NCBI GenBank assembly: GCA_050011775.1
Contig: JBEKIL010000003.1
Coordinates: 230,853-294,852 of the forward strand
DNA from: Bacteroidota bacterium
Lineage (GTDB): Bacteria > Bacteroidota > Ignavibacteria > UBA10030 > CAVZMI01
DNA length: 64,000 nt
Direction: 5' to 3'
The stretch's first letter is position 1. Every line of letters begins with the position of its first letter. The notes beneath the pieces were generated by a model that worked only from the letters and a program-made list of their open reading frames with translations, was not told the origin of the DNA and searched no databases. A program made the position numbers and the translations under genes. This document shows positions 1 through 9,715 of this stretch, piece after piece.

Positions 1-1
1 A

Positions 2-751
2 CGTCGCTGGCTTTCTCCGGTTTTTTTCACGGCTTTGATTATCCTCTGGCAGGTCTTATATCAACTTCAACTCTGGCCCGTATATCTTTTTCCTTCACCG
101 GCCGATGTAATATCGACTCTTCTAAATGGTGTATCGAACGGGACGATCCTACAAGGTGTCGGTGCAAGTCTCTGGCGTCTCCTGATAGGTTATATGATCT
201 CGCTGGCTATCGGTATCCCGCTCGGGTTTGCATCCGGGCGAATCAAGAGATTTGATCAGACGGTAGGAAAGCTTCTCCTGGGACTCCAGACACTTCCGAG
301 CATTTGTTGGCTCCCGCTCGCACTTCTATGGTTTGGATTAAACGAACGTGCCATAGTGTTTGTCGTCGTTATGGGAGCTGTTCTCTCTATCGCACTCTCG
401 GCGCGCGACGGCGTCCAGAGAGTCAGTCCGCTTTATCTCAGAGCTGCAACCAACATGGGTGTAAAAGGATGGAATCTCCATGCCAGGGTTATATTTCCTG
501 CATCACTTCCCTCCATCGTCACCGGTATGAAACTCGGCTGGTCGTTCGCCTGGCGGTCGTTAATGGCAGGTGAGTTGTTATACGGTAATACCGGACTCGG
601 TCAACTCTTGATGATGGGGCGGGAACTTAATGACATGAGTCAGGTCATTGCCATTATGCTTGTAATTGTTCTCCTGGGAGTTCTAACAGACCGCATCGTG
701 TTTGCCCCGGTTGAACGTCGAATGCACGAACGGTGGGGACTTGGCCAATGA
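2..751 (+). CDS. ABC transporter permease, NitT/TauT (TauC/SsuC/NrtB-like) family; 5' end lies outside window
   Basis: Frame open from the window edge with no in-frame stop before the listed M at 35. Multi-TM MetI-like permease with conserved cytoplasmic loop 'LRAATNMGVKGWNLHARVIFPASLPSIVTGMKLGWSFAWRSLMAGEL'. Stop TGA (749-751) overlaps next start (ATGA). Confidence 0.7.
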   Translation, partial: RRWLSPVFFTALIILWQVLYQLQLWPVYLFPSPADVISTLLNGVSNGTILQGVGASLWRLLIGYMISLAIGIPLGFASGRIKRFDQTVGKLLLGLQTLPSICWLPLALLWFGLNERAIVFVVVMGAVLSIALSARDGVQRVSPLYLRAATNMGVKGWNLHARVIFPASLPSIVTGMKLGWSFAWRSLMAGELLYGNTGLGQLLMMGRELNDMSQVIAIMLVIVLLGVLTDRIVFAPVERRMHERWGLGQ

Positions 752-1872
752 ATGACCTTCATCTCTGTTTCATTCTCGATTCCTACCCTCCGGCGATCGG
801 TGGGGCAGAGACCGCTCTACAAAACATTTGCGAAGGACTCGCGCAGCGGAATTTTGATGTTACTGTAATCACCGCCTGGTTTGGTGGAAATGAACCGGTT
901 ATAGAGAAGAGCGAAGGTCTTACCGTCGTCCGTCTCAGGATTCCTCGACTCCTTCGCCGATTCTGGTTCGTTCAGCAGGCAATTCCCGCCATTCTCAGAT
1001 ATGCACGCAATTCTGATATCGTGGTTGGCAGCACTTACGGTGGTGTGCTCCCGGCTTTCCTTGGTTCTATTCTTCTGAAAAAAAAACGTGTGATGATGGT
1101 GCATGAAGTAATGAGGCACCGATGGTTCCGCTTTGAAAAAAATCCGCTGAAAGCCTTTTTTTATTATTTAACCGAGAAAATTCTCATACGGCTTCCGTTT
1201 CAGAGAGTAGTTGCTGTATCGGAATATACGCGGAATGAATTATTGCACATGGGTATGAATGATGAGGCTATCGATGTCATATACCATGGAATGCCAGACG
1301 GTGGAGCGAGACCTATTAGAAATCGCGATGAGGTTCGTACATCGCTTGGATTCGGAAAAGGCGATTTTCTCTACCTTGCCTTTGGCCGCTTGGGCGTTAC
1401 GAAGGGCTTTCAGTATCTTGCTCGTGCAATACCGGAGATAATACGACAAGTGCCTCAAGCCCGATTTTTATTGATTTTTTTTGACTATGATCGGCGGATC
1501 CGGCGTGAAATAGGGGAGGCTCTGGTAAAAGTCACATCGAACTCATACAAGCTATTTGATTCTGTCCCGCGTGAATTGTTAATTGATTATATCCATGCAG
1601 CAGATTGTGTGGTGATACCGTCGCTTTCAGAGGGATTTGGTTTTGCAGCGCTTGAAGCGTGCGCGGCAGGTACACCGCTCGTTGCGACAAAAGCCGGCGC
1701 TCTACCTGAGGTTGTGTACGGTCGCCATGTACTTGTTGAACCAGCTTCGGTCGAACAGCTTTCGGAAGGCTGCCGTCGGGTGTTCGAAGGCAGGACTTTG
1801 TATTCCGAACCGAAAGATTTTCGTTGGGAAACGTCGATTGAGAAATGGGAGATAATGTTTCGATCATTGTAA
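748..1872 (+). CDS. glycosyltransferase family 4 (retaining GT-B)
   Basis: C-terminal GT4 signature 'EGFGFAALEACAAGTPLVATKAGALPEVV'. Start ATG 748 forms an ATGA overlap with the upstream permease stop; the listed ORF start 733 is GTG. Confidence 0.8.
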   Translation: MNDLHLCFILDSYPPAIGGAETALQNICEGLAQRNFDVTVITAWFGGNEPVIEKSEGLTVVRLRIPRLLRRFWFVQQAIPAILRYARNSDIVVGSTYGGVLPAFLGSILLKKKRVMMVHEVMRHRWFRFEKNPLKAFFYYLTEKILIRLPFQRVVAVSEYTRNELLHMGMNDEAIDVIYHGMPDGGARPIRNRDEVRTSLGFGKGDFLYLAFGRLGVTKGFQYLARAIPEIIRQVPQARFLLIFFDYDRRIRREIGEALVKVTSNSYKLFDSVPRELLIDYIHAADCVVIPSLSEGFGFAALEACAAGTPLVATKAGALPEVVYGRHVLVEPASVEQLSEGCRRVFEGRTLYSEPKDFRWETSIEKWEIMFRSL

Positions 1873-1905
1873 CAAGACGGAAGATATATCATGATACAAA
1901 ATACA

Positions 1906-1988
1906 ATGCTGAGGAACAGGAAAAGGTAGAGGAAAAGTTTATCCCGAGCGAGTGAACGTAGTGAACGAGTCGAGGGGGTAAAGGGAAG
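1906..1988. repeat. purine-rich intergenic motif copies (AGGTAGAGG family), + orientation
   Basis: 'GGAAAAGGTAGAGGAAAAG' (1918-1937) and 'GGGGGTAAAGGGAAG' (1974-1988). Confidence 0.5.
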
Positions 1989-2345
1989 ATGTATAAATCT
2001 TTTAAAGAAATGCCGGTTTGGAAAGAGGCAATGTCGATTGCAGAGGAAGTGTTCCAGATTACAGAAGGACTTCCTAAGAAAGAAGATTATGGATTAACCT
2101 CGCAAATCCGAAGATCCACCTTGAGTATCTCCGCCAATATAGCAGAAGCATATGGGCGTAAACACACTCTTGATAAAAGAAAATTTTATTATACAGCCGG
2201 AGGGTCAACGACAGAAACACAAAACCACTTGGAATACGGATTGCGTGTTGGTTATTTTACTCGAATTCAAGTCGATGATTTTGATAAACGTTTAAATCAA
2301 ATATACAATGATCTCAATAAAATTATTGTGACAATAAAACCATAG
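1989..2345 (+). CDS. four-helix-bundle protein (23S rRNA intervening-sequence protein family, TIGR02436-like), copy 1
   Basis: 118 aa with '[59 protein letters not shown]'. Strong SD 'GGGGGTAAAGGGAAG' upstream. Paralog at 3873. Confidence 0.8.
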   Translation: MYKSFKEMPVWKEAMSIAEEVFQITEGLPKKEDYGLTSQIRRSTLSISANIAEAYGRKHTLDKRKFYYTAGGSTTETQNHLEYGLRVGYFTRIQVDDFDKRLNQIYNDLNKIIVTIKP

Positions 2346-2386
2346 CCTAAACCAAAACTTTTTTAACCTTAACCTTAACCTTTTCA

Positions 2387-2923
2387 ATGCCACCGAAACA
2401 GCGCTCTTTCGTCCTATGGTTCACAGGACTTCCCAGCTCGGGGAAGACTACGCTGGCTGACTCTGTCTATCGGTGGTTGAAGAGATACGGCTATAAGGTT
2501 GAGCGACTCGACGGCGATTCGATCCGTAAGGTATTTCCTCAAACCGGTTTTGACAAGAAATCACGTAATGAACATATCCGGAGAGTCGGATATATTGCCT
2601 CGATTCTTGAGCGAAACGGGATTACTGTCATCGCATCGTTTGTATCTCCTTATCGTGAGTCGAGAGATTTTGTCCGGGAGATCTGTAAACATTTTATCGA
2701 AGTCCATGTTGTCGCTCCAAACGAAGTCTGTGAGAAACGAGACGTGAAAGGATTATATCACCGGGCACGCAGCGGCGAAATCACGAATTTTACGGGCGTG
2801 AACGATCCTTTTGAAGAACCGCTCAAACCCGAATTGGTGGTGAGAACCGACACGAAATCGAAGAGAGCTTGTGTAAGAAAAATCACCGGATATCTCAGAC
2901 AACGTTATAAAATAAAACCTTAA
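2387..2923 (+). CDS. cysC: adenylyl-sulfate (APS) kinase
   Basis: P-loop 'FTGLPSSGKTTLA', 'LDGDSIRK' motif, ~180 aa, which is the typical size. Confidence 0.9.
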   Translation: MPPKQRSFVLWFTGLPSSGKTTLADSVYRWLKRYGYKVERLDGDSIRKVFPQTGFDKKSRNEHIRRVGYIASILERNGITVIASFVSPYRESRDFVREICKHFIEVHVVAPNEVCEKRDVKGLYHRARSGEITNFTGVNDPFEEPLKPELVVRTDTKSKRACVRKITGYLRQRYKIKP

Positions 2924-2949
2924 CCTTGATCTTTACCTCTACCTTTCCC
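2918..2949. repeat. pyrimidine-rich intergenic motif copy (CCTCTACCT, reverse orientation of AGGTAGAGG)
   Basis: 'CCTTAACCTTGATCTTTACCTCTACCTTTCCC' directly before cysD. A related (AACCTT)x3 tract sits at 2365-2382 before cysC. Confidence 0.5.
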
Positions 2950-2955
2950 TGACAC

Positions 2956-3837
2956 ATGAGCCATTTAGACAGATTAGAAAGCATTTCAATCTATATCCTT
3001 CGTGAAGCTTATGCAACGTTTCACAACCTCGGTATGCTGTGGTCGATTGGTAAAGATAGCACGGTTCTCCTCTGGTTGGTCCGGAAAGCGTTTTTCGGAC
3101 ATGTACCGTTTACATTGATTCATATTGATACCAGTTTCAAAATTCCAGAGATGATCCGATACCGCGATAAACTTGTTGAAGAACTCGGATTAAATCTGAT
3201 TTTTGGAATCAACGAAGAAGCGTTGAGAAAAAAACAAACGTTCCCCGACGGTCATGTAGACCACCTTGCATGCTGTAAAATCCTGAAGACCGACGCTCTC
3301 ATCAATACAATTAATGGTAACTGGACGCGATATCGCTTTAACCATACAACAAAAAGGTACGAACCAGAACATCATGGCGAGTCGTTCGATGGAATCATAG
3401 CCGGAGCACGGGCCGACGAAGAGGGCTCCCGATCGAAAGAGCGCTATTTTTCGGCACGCGATGAAAAAAGCCAGTGGGATATCGCCAGCCAGCCGCCTGA
3501 ATTCTGGAATTTTTATAAAACCGACTTTACCCCGGGGACACATGTCCGCATCCATCCGCTTCTTGATTGGACAGAACTGAACATCTGGGAATATATCAAA
3601 CGTGAAAATATCCCAACGGTATCGTTGTATTATAATAAAGGGGATGGGAAAAGATATCGTTCGCTCGGTTGTTATCCATGCACATTCCCGATCGACTCCG
3701 ACTCCAGAACAGTCGATGAGATCATCGAAGAACTTAAAAGTGGAAAGCTGAAAAACGTCGCTGAGAGAAGCGGGAGAGCTCAGGATAAGGAAGATCAGGG
3801 AGGTTTGGAAAGTTTGCGGAGAGACGGTTATATGTGA
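2956..3837 (+). CDS. cysD: sulfate adenylyltransferase subunit 2 (PAPS reductase-like fold)
   Basis: '[19 protein letters not shown]...HIDT...[18 protein letters not shown]', '[21 protein letters not shown]', 'LGCYPCT' align with CysD. Carries a ~25-aa insertion relative to the E. coli enzyme. Confidence 0.85.
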   Translation: MSHLDRLESISIYILREAYATFHNLGMLWSIGKDSTVLLWLVRKAFFGHVPFTLIHIDTSFKIPEMIRYRDKLVEELGLNLIFGINEEALRKKQTFPDGHVDHLACCKILKTDALINTINGNWTRYRFNHTTKRYEPEHHGESFDGIIAGARADEEGSRSKERYFSARDEKSQWDIASQPPEFWNFYKTDFTPGTHVRIHPLLDWTELNIWEYIKRENIPTVSLYYNKGDGKRYRSLGCYPCTFPIDSDSRTVDEIIEELKSGKLKNVAERSGRAQDKEDQGGLESLRRDGYM

Positions 3838-3872
3838 GGAAAAGGAAGAGGAAAAGGTTAAGGAGAGAAAAT

Positions 3873-4229
3873 ATGTTCAGATCTTTTAAGGAAATGCCGG
3901 TTTGGCAGGAGGCGATGTCGATTGCGGAAGAAATATTCCGGATCACCGAAACACTTCCGAAGAAAGAAGATTATGGTTTAACTTCTCAACTTCGACGAGC
4001 AGCCTCGAGTATTTCTGCAAATATAGCGGAAGCCTATGGCCGCAAACATTCTTTGGATAAGAAAAATTTTTATTATATAGCTCGAAGCTCTTCAACAGAG
4101 ACGCAAAGTCATCTTGAATATGGAATGCGGGTGGGATATTTTGAGAAGGAGCAAATCGATGTTCTTGACTCTCGTCTGGACCAACTATATAATGATATAA
4201 ATAAAATTATAATAACATTAAGATCATAG
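3873..4229 (+). CDS. four-helix-bundle protein (23S rRNA IVS protein family), copy 2
   Basis: '[60 protein letters not shown]', about 70% identical to copy 1. The listed ORF start 3834 gives an unlikely basic leader; ATG 3873 aligns with copy 1. Confidence 0.8.
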   Translation: MFRSFKEMPVWQEAMSIAEEIFRITETLPKKEDYGLTSQLRRAASSISANIAEAYGRKHSLDKKNFYYIARSSSTETQSHLEYGMRVGYFEKEQIDVLDSRLDQLYNDINKIIITLRS

Positions 4230-4230
4230 T

Positions 4231-4256
4231 CTCTACCTTTACCTATACCTTTACCT
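4231..4256. repeat. pyrimidine-rich intergenic motif copy (CTCTACCTTTACCT x2)
   Basis: 'CTCTACCTTTACCTATACCTTTACCT' directly before the cysN GTG start. The purine-rich mirror 'GAGGAAAAGGAAGAGGAAAAGGTTAAGGAGAG' lies at 3836-3867. Confidence 0.5.
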
Positions 4257-4261
4257 GTATT

Positions 4262-6067
4262 GTGTCTGATAGCCATCTAAATATCATCGTCGCCGGCCAT
4301 GTCGATCATGGAAAGAGCACAATAATCGGCCGTCTTCTCGCTGATACCGGCTCTTTACCTGATGGGAAGCTCGAGCAGGTGAAGGCCTTGTGCGAGCGCA
4401 ACTCTAAGCCGTTCGAATATGCATTTCTGATCGATGCTCTTAAAGATGAGCGTTCGCAGGGCATTACCATCGATGCCGCGCGCGTGTTTTTCAAGACTGA
4501 AAAAAGGCATTACATTATTATCGACGCGCCGGGACATATCGAATTTTTAAAAAATATGGTGACCGGGGCATCGCGGGCCGGGGCAGCAATACTGGTGATT
4601 GATGCTTCGGTAGGCGTTCAGGAAAATTCACGTGGGCACAGCTATTTACTTTCATTGCTGGGGATACGTCAGATTGCTGTCGTTATTAATAAAATGGACA
4701 TCGCCGGATACCGGAAAGAGGTGTTCGATAAACATGTGAAAGAGTTTTCGCAATTCCTTGAAACGATAGGAATTTGCGCTGTGAATTTCATCCCGGTCAG
4801 CGGCTGCAGGGGAGATAACATAGCAGCGAGAAGTGCCGCGATGAAATGGTACACAGGGGCGACAGTGCTTGAGACTCTTGATACATTCGAGGAATCAAAA
4901 ACTCCGCCGGATCTTCCGTTCAGGTTCCCGGTTCAGGATGTTTATAAGTTTACGAAATATAAAGACACCCGCCGGATTATCGCCGGCACGGTTTCTTCAG
5001 GTTCAATCCGTCCGGATGACGAAATAGTCTTTTATCCTTCGGGGAAGAGGAGCAGAGTAGCGACCATCGAGGAATTCAATGCTACTCCGCCTCAGCTCGC
5101 CTGCACAGATTCGGCAACCGGTTTCACTCTCAAGGAACAAATCTATGTCACACGCGGTGAAATAGCTGCAAAGGTTGGAGAACCGCCTCCACAGATTTCG
5201 TCACGACTGCGCGTCAGTCTCTTCTGGATGGCAAGACGCCCGCTTTCCGTCGGGAAACAATATATTTTGAAATGCGGAACGGCAAGGACTCATATGCAAA
5301 TAGAAGAACTGATAAAAGTGATCGATGCTTCCGATCTTCATACATTGTCCGTTCAGAACATTGTTGAGCGGCACGAGGTTGCCGAGTGTGTTATGAAATT
5401 GGAGAAGGCGATTGCGTTTGATCGTGTAGGCGATATAGCAGGGACGGGGCGGTTCGTCGTCGTAGATGAGTATGAGATAGCCGGAGGTGGTATAATTCTC
5501 GATACACTTGAGGATCAACAAGCTTTTGTACGCGAGAAAGTTCTCACCCGTAATATCAAGTGGGAAAAAAGTACTATCCCGTCAGAAGTTCGCGCCGAGC
5601 GATTTAAACAGAAACCCGGTTTGATTCTTATAACGGGTAAAAAGGACAGCGGTAAAAAGCCGCTCGCACGGGCGCTGGAGAAAAAATTGCTCGATGGTGG
5701 ATATCATGCATATTTCCTCGGGATCGGGAATATATTATACGGAGTCGATGCAGATATCAAAGGAATTCATGATGACAGGTACGAGCATATCCGGAGGCTG
5801 GCTGAAGTCTCGAACATTCTTCTCGACACCGGTATAATACTTATTGTCACTGCCATTGAGCTTCAAGTAGACGAAATCGATCTGATTCGAATGACGTGTA
5901 ATGAATATGGAATAATGACAATCTGGGTCGGTGAAAGTGGAACTCCCGTAGTAGACTTTGATATCACAGTTTCAAGCAGCACGCCGATCGATGCAGCTGC
6001 TGAAAAAATAATCCATGATATTCAAAAGAGGTTATTCAGCGCAGGGAAAGGAAATTACAATAGCTGA
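4262..6067 (+). CDS. cysN: sulfate adenylyltransferase subunit 1 (GTPase) fused to a degenerate APS-kinase-like C-terminal domain (CysNC-type)
   Basis: GTG start. G1 motif '[19 protein letters not shown]', 'DAPGH', 'NKMD' GTPase motifs. C-terminal ~160 aa resembles APS kinase ('[27 protein letters not shown]') but the P-loop S/T and the DGD motif are not conserved ('GIGN'). Confidence 0.85.
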   Translation: MSDSHLNIIVAGHVDHGKSTIIGRLLADTGSLPDGKLEQVKALCERNSKPFEYAFLIDALKDERSQGITIDAARVFFKTEKRHYIIIDAPGHIEFLKNMVTGASRAGAAILVIDASVGVQENSRGHSYLLSLLGIRQIAVVINKMDIAGYRKEVFDKHVKEFSQFLETIGICAVNFIPVSGCRGDNIAARSAAMKWYTGATVLETLDTFEESKTPPDLPFRFPVQDVYKFTKYKDTRRIIAGTVSSGSIRPDDEIVFYPSGKRSRVATIEEFNATPPQLACTDSATGFTLKEQIYVTRGEIAAKVGEPPPQISSRLRVSLFWMARRPLSVGKQYILKCGTARTHMQIEELIKVIDASDLHTLSVQNIVERHEVAECVMKLEKAIAFDRVGDIAGTGRFVVVDEYEIAGGGIILDTLEDQQAFVREKVLTRNIKWEKSTIPSEVRAERFKQKPGLILITGKKDSGKKPLARALEKKLLDGGYHAYFLGIGNILYGVDADIKGIHDDRYEHIRRLAEVSNILLDTGIILIVTAIELQVDEIDLIRMTCNEYGIMTIWVGESGTPVVDFDITVSSSTPIDAAAEKIIHDIQKRLFSAGKGNYNS

Positions 6068-6081
6068 ATGCAATTGAAAGG

Positions 6082-6888
6082 ATGTACGTATTGAGAATCG
6101 TGGCTATAATGACAATTAGAAATGAAGAACTCTATCTCCCGAGAGTGTTAGCGAATCTATATAATCAGGGAATTGAGGTTTGCCTGGTCGACAATGGATC
6201 AACGGATTCGAGTCCGGAGATCGCCCGCTCTTTTCTGGAAAAGGGGGTAGCGAGAATTGAACAATTGCCTTATAAGGGTTTTTATGATTTATTTTCAATC
6301 TTAGAAAATGAAAGAAAATTGGTAAAAGAGATCGATGCGGATTGGTTCATACATCACGATGCAGATGAAATCCGTGAAGCTCCTATGCCGCCTTATAAAA
6401 CTCTTTATGAAGGAATTCAGGATGTCGACCGGATGGGCTATAATGCGATTAACTTTGATGAATTCGTTTTTTTGCCGACGAGTGATGAAGAGCATTACGA
6501 AGGGACTGATTATATTAAAGAGATGCGTTATTATTATTTATTTGAACCCGGTCCATTACGGCGTGTAAATGCATGGAAGAATTTAAAGAAACCGATCGAC
6601 TTGAAAAGCTGGGGAGGGCATCAGGTTAATTTTACTGACCGGAGGATATTTCCAGGCAATTTTATTATGCGACATTATATTGCTCTAAGTAAAGTTCATA
6701 TTATTAAAAAATATGGAGAAAGGGTATATTCTAAATATGAGGTAAACGAATTGGGTTGGCATAAGTATCGTATCGGATTTCGGACCGATCGTTTGGTTTT
6801 CCCAAAAAAGGAAGATATTTGTTGTACTGACACGAATCATTGGGATAGATCGAAACCAAGGCATCAACATTTATTTCTGAAGCAGTAA
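6082..6888 (+). CDS. putative glycosyltransferase family 2 protein (Glyco_tranf_2_4-like)
   Basis: 'IVAIMTIRNEELYLPRVLANLYNQGIEVCLVDNGSTDSSPEIA' fits the GT2_4 pattern (RNE...DNgStD); 'HHDADE' acidic motif. Confidence 0.5.
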   Translation: MYVLRIVAIMTIRNEELYLPRVLANLYNQGIEVCLVDNGSTDSSPEIARSFLEKGVARIEQLPYKGFYDLFSILENERKLVKEIDADWFIHHDADEIREAPMPPYKTLYEGIQDVDRMGYNAINFDEFVFLPTSDEEHYEGTDYIKEMRYYYLFEPGPLRRVNAWKNLKKPIDLKSWGGHQVNFTDRRIFPGNFIMRHYIALSKVHIIKKYGERVYSKYEVNELGWHKYRIGFRTDRLVFPKKEDICCTDTNHWDRSKPRHQHLFLKQ

Positions 6889-7000
6889 TATATGGCTATG
6901 AAAAACCTTCCTGGTACAATCGATGTATTTTATTGTTCAGTCGATAACTTGCTACGTAGACTACTAGACGCTAATTCTCAAATATAAAAGCTACCTTCCC

Positions 7001-7894
7001 ATGAGCCAATGGTTAAGTAACGGGCCTGTAGTAATCGGCGGTGTAGGGGGCAGCGGTACCAGAGTCATCGCGGAGATATTACGCGAGGTCGGATTCTATC
7101 TGGGAGCCGATTTAAACTTGGCGTTGGATAATCTTTGGTTTACCCTGTTGTTGAAACGGCCCAGGTTGTTTCATAAAAAAAGCGCTTTGAAAGTCGAGGT
7201 ATGCCGGGGTTTTTCAATCCTGGAGAAAATAATGAAAGGCGAGTACGGATTATCATGGCGTGAGTATAAATTTTTAATCTCTGCGATCAGCGAAATGATG
7301 GTTTTTGGCCATGACTATCTTCGGGCTGGCCAAGGCTTCTGGCCTTTGAAGCGTGTAATATCCATGTTATCAAAGAATAAATTGGCCGTGAGGGATTATA
7401 TCGGTTGGGGTTGGAAAGAACCGAATACACATATTTTCATTGAGTATTTGGCTGAGTATTTCAGCAAATTAAAATATATCCATGTCATCAGACATGGTCT
7501 GGATATGGCTTATCACAATAATCAATCCCAGTTATACAATTGGGGAAATCTTTTTGGAGTAGAAAAGCCAAAGACTTTGAAAGATCTTCCAGTTGCATCT
7601 CTTGAATATTGGATTAAAGCGAATCAAAAAGCCATACGGCTGGGTAAAAATATTTTGAAGGAGCGATTTTTGTTAATTAACTTTGACCAGCTATGTGAAA
7701 TCCCTAAAATGGAGGTAGAAAAAATTTTTTCTTTTCTGGAATTTCAAACCAACGATATTGATTTTGTTGACAGAATATGCCTGATTCCTCGAAAACCATC
7801 ATCGATCGGACGATATAAAAATCACGATTTAGCATGCTTTCCCGAACGAAGTCTTGATGAAGTAAGGAAACTTGGATTTAATATTGAAGAATAG
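7001..7894 (+). CDS. putative sulfotransferase (Sulfotransfer_3-like)
   Basis: 5'-PSB-like P-loop 'PVVIGGVGGSGTRVIAEIL' and 3'-PB-like 'WGWKEPNTHIFIEYL'. The same pair of motifs occurs in the paralog at 16833. Confidence 0.55.
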   Translation: MSQWLSNGPVVIGGVGGSGTRVIAEILREVGFYLGADLNLALDNLWFTLLLKRPRLFHKKSALKVEVCRGFSILEKIMKGEYGLSWREYKFLISAISEMMVFGHDYLRAGQGFWPLKRVISMLSKNKLAVRDYIGWGWKEPNTHIFIEYLAEYFSKLKYIHVIRHGLDMAYHNNQSQLYNWGNLFGVEKPKTLKDLPVASLEYWIKANQKAIRLGKNILKERFLLINFDQLCEIPKMEVEKIFSFLEFQTNDIDFVDRICLIPRKPSSIGRYKNHDLACFPERSLDEVRKLGFNIEE

Positions 7895-7976
7895 TATTTT
7901 ATTTTCCTATTAAAACAGCTATTCATTATGATCTCCTCTGAATTTCTTATACTCTTTTTATTGCAGAATATTCGTT

Positions 7977-9656
7977 ATGAATAGAATCTTTCTATCCTTA
8001 AGAAATCCTTCTTGGAAAGAGCTTCTCTGCTTGTCTTTAATACTCAATATACTGCTTTTTGGAATATTTTTTTTGTGGATGAATCCCGCCTTTGAAACGG
8101 TGGACGATGTGGGAATGATGTTGACATCTTCAGGGGTGAGAACCGGGGAACCGAGTGAGTATCTTACATTTCCCAGCGTCGTTATTGGAAAAATATTAAA
8201 ACATCTCTATTTGCAGGTTCCACGCATTAACTGGTATCCCGTCTATCTATATTCGATTCATTTTTTATCAATGCTCGTCATTTTATATGCTATTTTAAAA
8301 CTGAGATTTAGCTGGTCACGAATATTTCAGTATGTTGTTCTATTTATTTTTTTCGAGTGCTCGCTTTTGATGCGATTACAATTTACATCGACCGCTATAG
8401 TAATAGCGATAGCCGGTTTCTGCCTGTTCCTGACATCGCTGAGTTTAAAAGACAAAGAAGTCTGGTTTTACCTGGGAGTATCAATCGTAATGATGGTGAC
8501 GGCGGGATTAATCAGGGAAAAGGTTTTTTACTATTTTTTATTGTTGATTGCTCCCTTAGTATTGTTGAAATTCTTCGAGGCAAAGAAGCTCAGGATACCG
8601 ATCTTCTTTGCTTTAACATTATCTCTCTTTTTTATATTCGTGCAATACAATAGTTCCTACTATTCCGGCGATCCGCTATGGAAAGAATTTATTGCGTATA
8701 ACAAAATTAGGGGTCAATTACATCTTTATCCTAAACTTGCTTACAATGAGCACACGAAACCGACGTTCAATAAAATCGGGTGGAGCGAAAATGATTTCTT
8801 GATGTTCCAAAATGTGTTTTTCCCCGACAAAAAAGTATATTCCAGTGAAAATCTGACATTTATTAATGAAAGCCTAAAAAATCAACGAGGCCTCAAAGAA
8901 ACACTCACTGTGCTTTTATATATAATATATCAAAATGTTTTACTCGTAGCTGTTAGTTTCATCTTTTTGTCTTTATCACTTCAATGGGCCGATAAAAGTG
9001 AAAGGAAATTTATTTATTGTATACTTGTTACAATCATCGTGATGTTTATCTATCTTTCGTTCGCCGCCCGGCTACCGTTTCGTATTTTTATGCCGACGTT
9101 ATTATTTTTTAATACTATGTTTCTTTTTGTGCATAAGGATTTTCAATTTTCTGTTTTTAAGGAAGGAAAGCCTACCAAAAAGCGTATGAGCATTGCGGCA
9201 CTATTGTTGGTAGTATTTTTATTATTGCCATTGCACCTATTAATTTTATATAATCAGGGGAAAGCTAACCAGGAGAAGTATCTATCTATGAAGAATGGGC
9301 TGCAATTATTATCTGCTGGAAAAGATAAATTGTATATAGTATGGGGATCGGACGCAATGAACCTTCAAGATACTTCGCCGTTTTCAGATCTAAAAGAATT
9401 TTCCAATTTGAACTTTGTGTTTGCAGGGAGATTACACGATCCCTTCAATAAAAGAATACTTGCAAATTTCGGAGTTGAAAATGTTTACCTCTCCTTCACC
9501 AGGGAGACGAATATATTTCTTATTATGTACAATGATCTAATGTACAAGGATATGTTGAGCAAGTTTATAATGGAGCATTTCCAAAAAAGTGTCGAGTTTA
9601 TAGTTGTCGATAAGTATAAGAACATGGGCATATATAAAATGGCTGTAGCCAATTAG
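7977..9656 (+). CDS. large polytopic membrane protein, possible GT-C-type glycosyltransferase or polymerase (family unassigned)
   Basis: 559 aa, >12 hydrophobic segments, acidic 'ETVDDVGMM' in the first loop, very AT-rich gene. No confident family assignment. Confidence 0.4.
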   Translation: MNRIFLSLRNPSWKELLCLSLILNILLFGIFFLWMNPAFETVDDVGMMLTSSGVRTGEPSEYLTFPSVVIGKILKHLYLQVPRINWYPVYLYSIHFLSMLVILYAILKLRFSWSRIFQYVVLFIFFECSLLMRLQFTSTAIVIAIAGFCLFLTSLSLKDKEVWFYLGVSIVMMVTAGLIREKVFYYFLLLIAPLVLLKFFEAKKLRIPIFFALTLSLFFIFVQYNSSYYSGDPLWKEFIAYNKIRGQLHLYPKLAYNEHTKPTFNKIGWSENDFLMFQNVFFPDKKVYSSENLTFINESLKNQRGLKETLTVLLYIIYQNVLLVAVSFIFLSLSLQWADKSERKFIYCILVTIIVMFIYLSFAARLPFRIFMPTLLFFNTMFLFVHKDFQFSVFKEGKPTKKRMSIAALLLVVFLLLPLHLLILYNQGKANQEKYLSMKNGLQLLSAGKDKLYIVWGSDAMNLQDTSPFSDLKEFSNLNFVFAGRLHDPFNKRILANFGVENVYLSFTRETNIFLIMYNDLMYKDMLSKFIMEHFQKSVEFIVVDKYKNMGIYKMAVAN

Positions 9657-9715
9657 GATTCCAAAGCTGCAGCCGCAAAAGGTAACTTAATAATAACCAA
9701 CGAGGAAAAGCCGCG

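Noticed and set aside
304-573. 89-aa + strand ORF in an alternate frame inside the ABC permease gene
   Set aside because: Fully embedded in a well-supported permease reading frame; Arg/Cys-rich composition typical of an out-of-frame artefact.
3190-3555. 121-aa minus-strand ORF, representative of the many 60-190-aa minus-strand ORFs across the window (e.g. 12697-13110, 36567-37145, 58271-58663)
   Set aside because: All lie antisense within + strand genes that have clear family motifs. None shows a recognisable domain or a plausible RBS. The locus is otherwise strictly unidirectional.
8357-8653. 98-aa + strand ORF inside the membrane-protein gene 7977-9656
   Set aside because: Alternate-frame ORF within a continuous 559-aa hydrophobic protein; no independent support.
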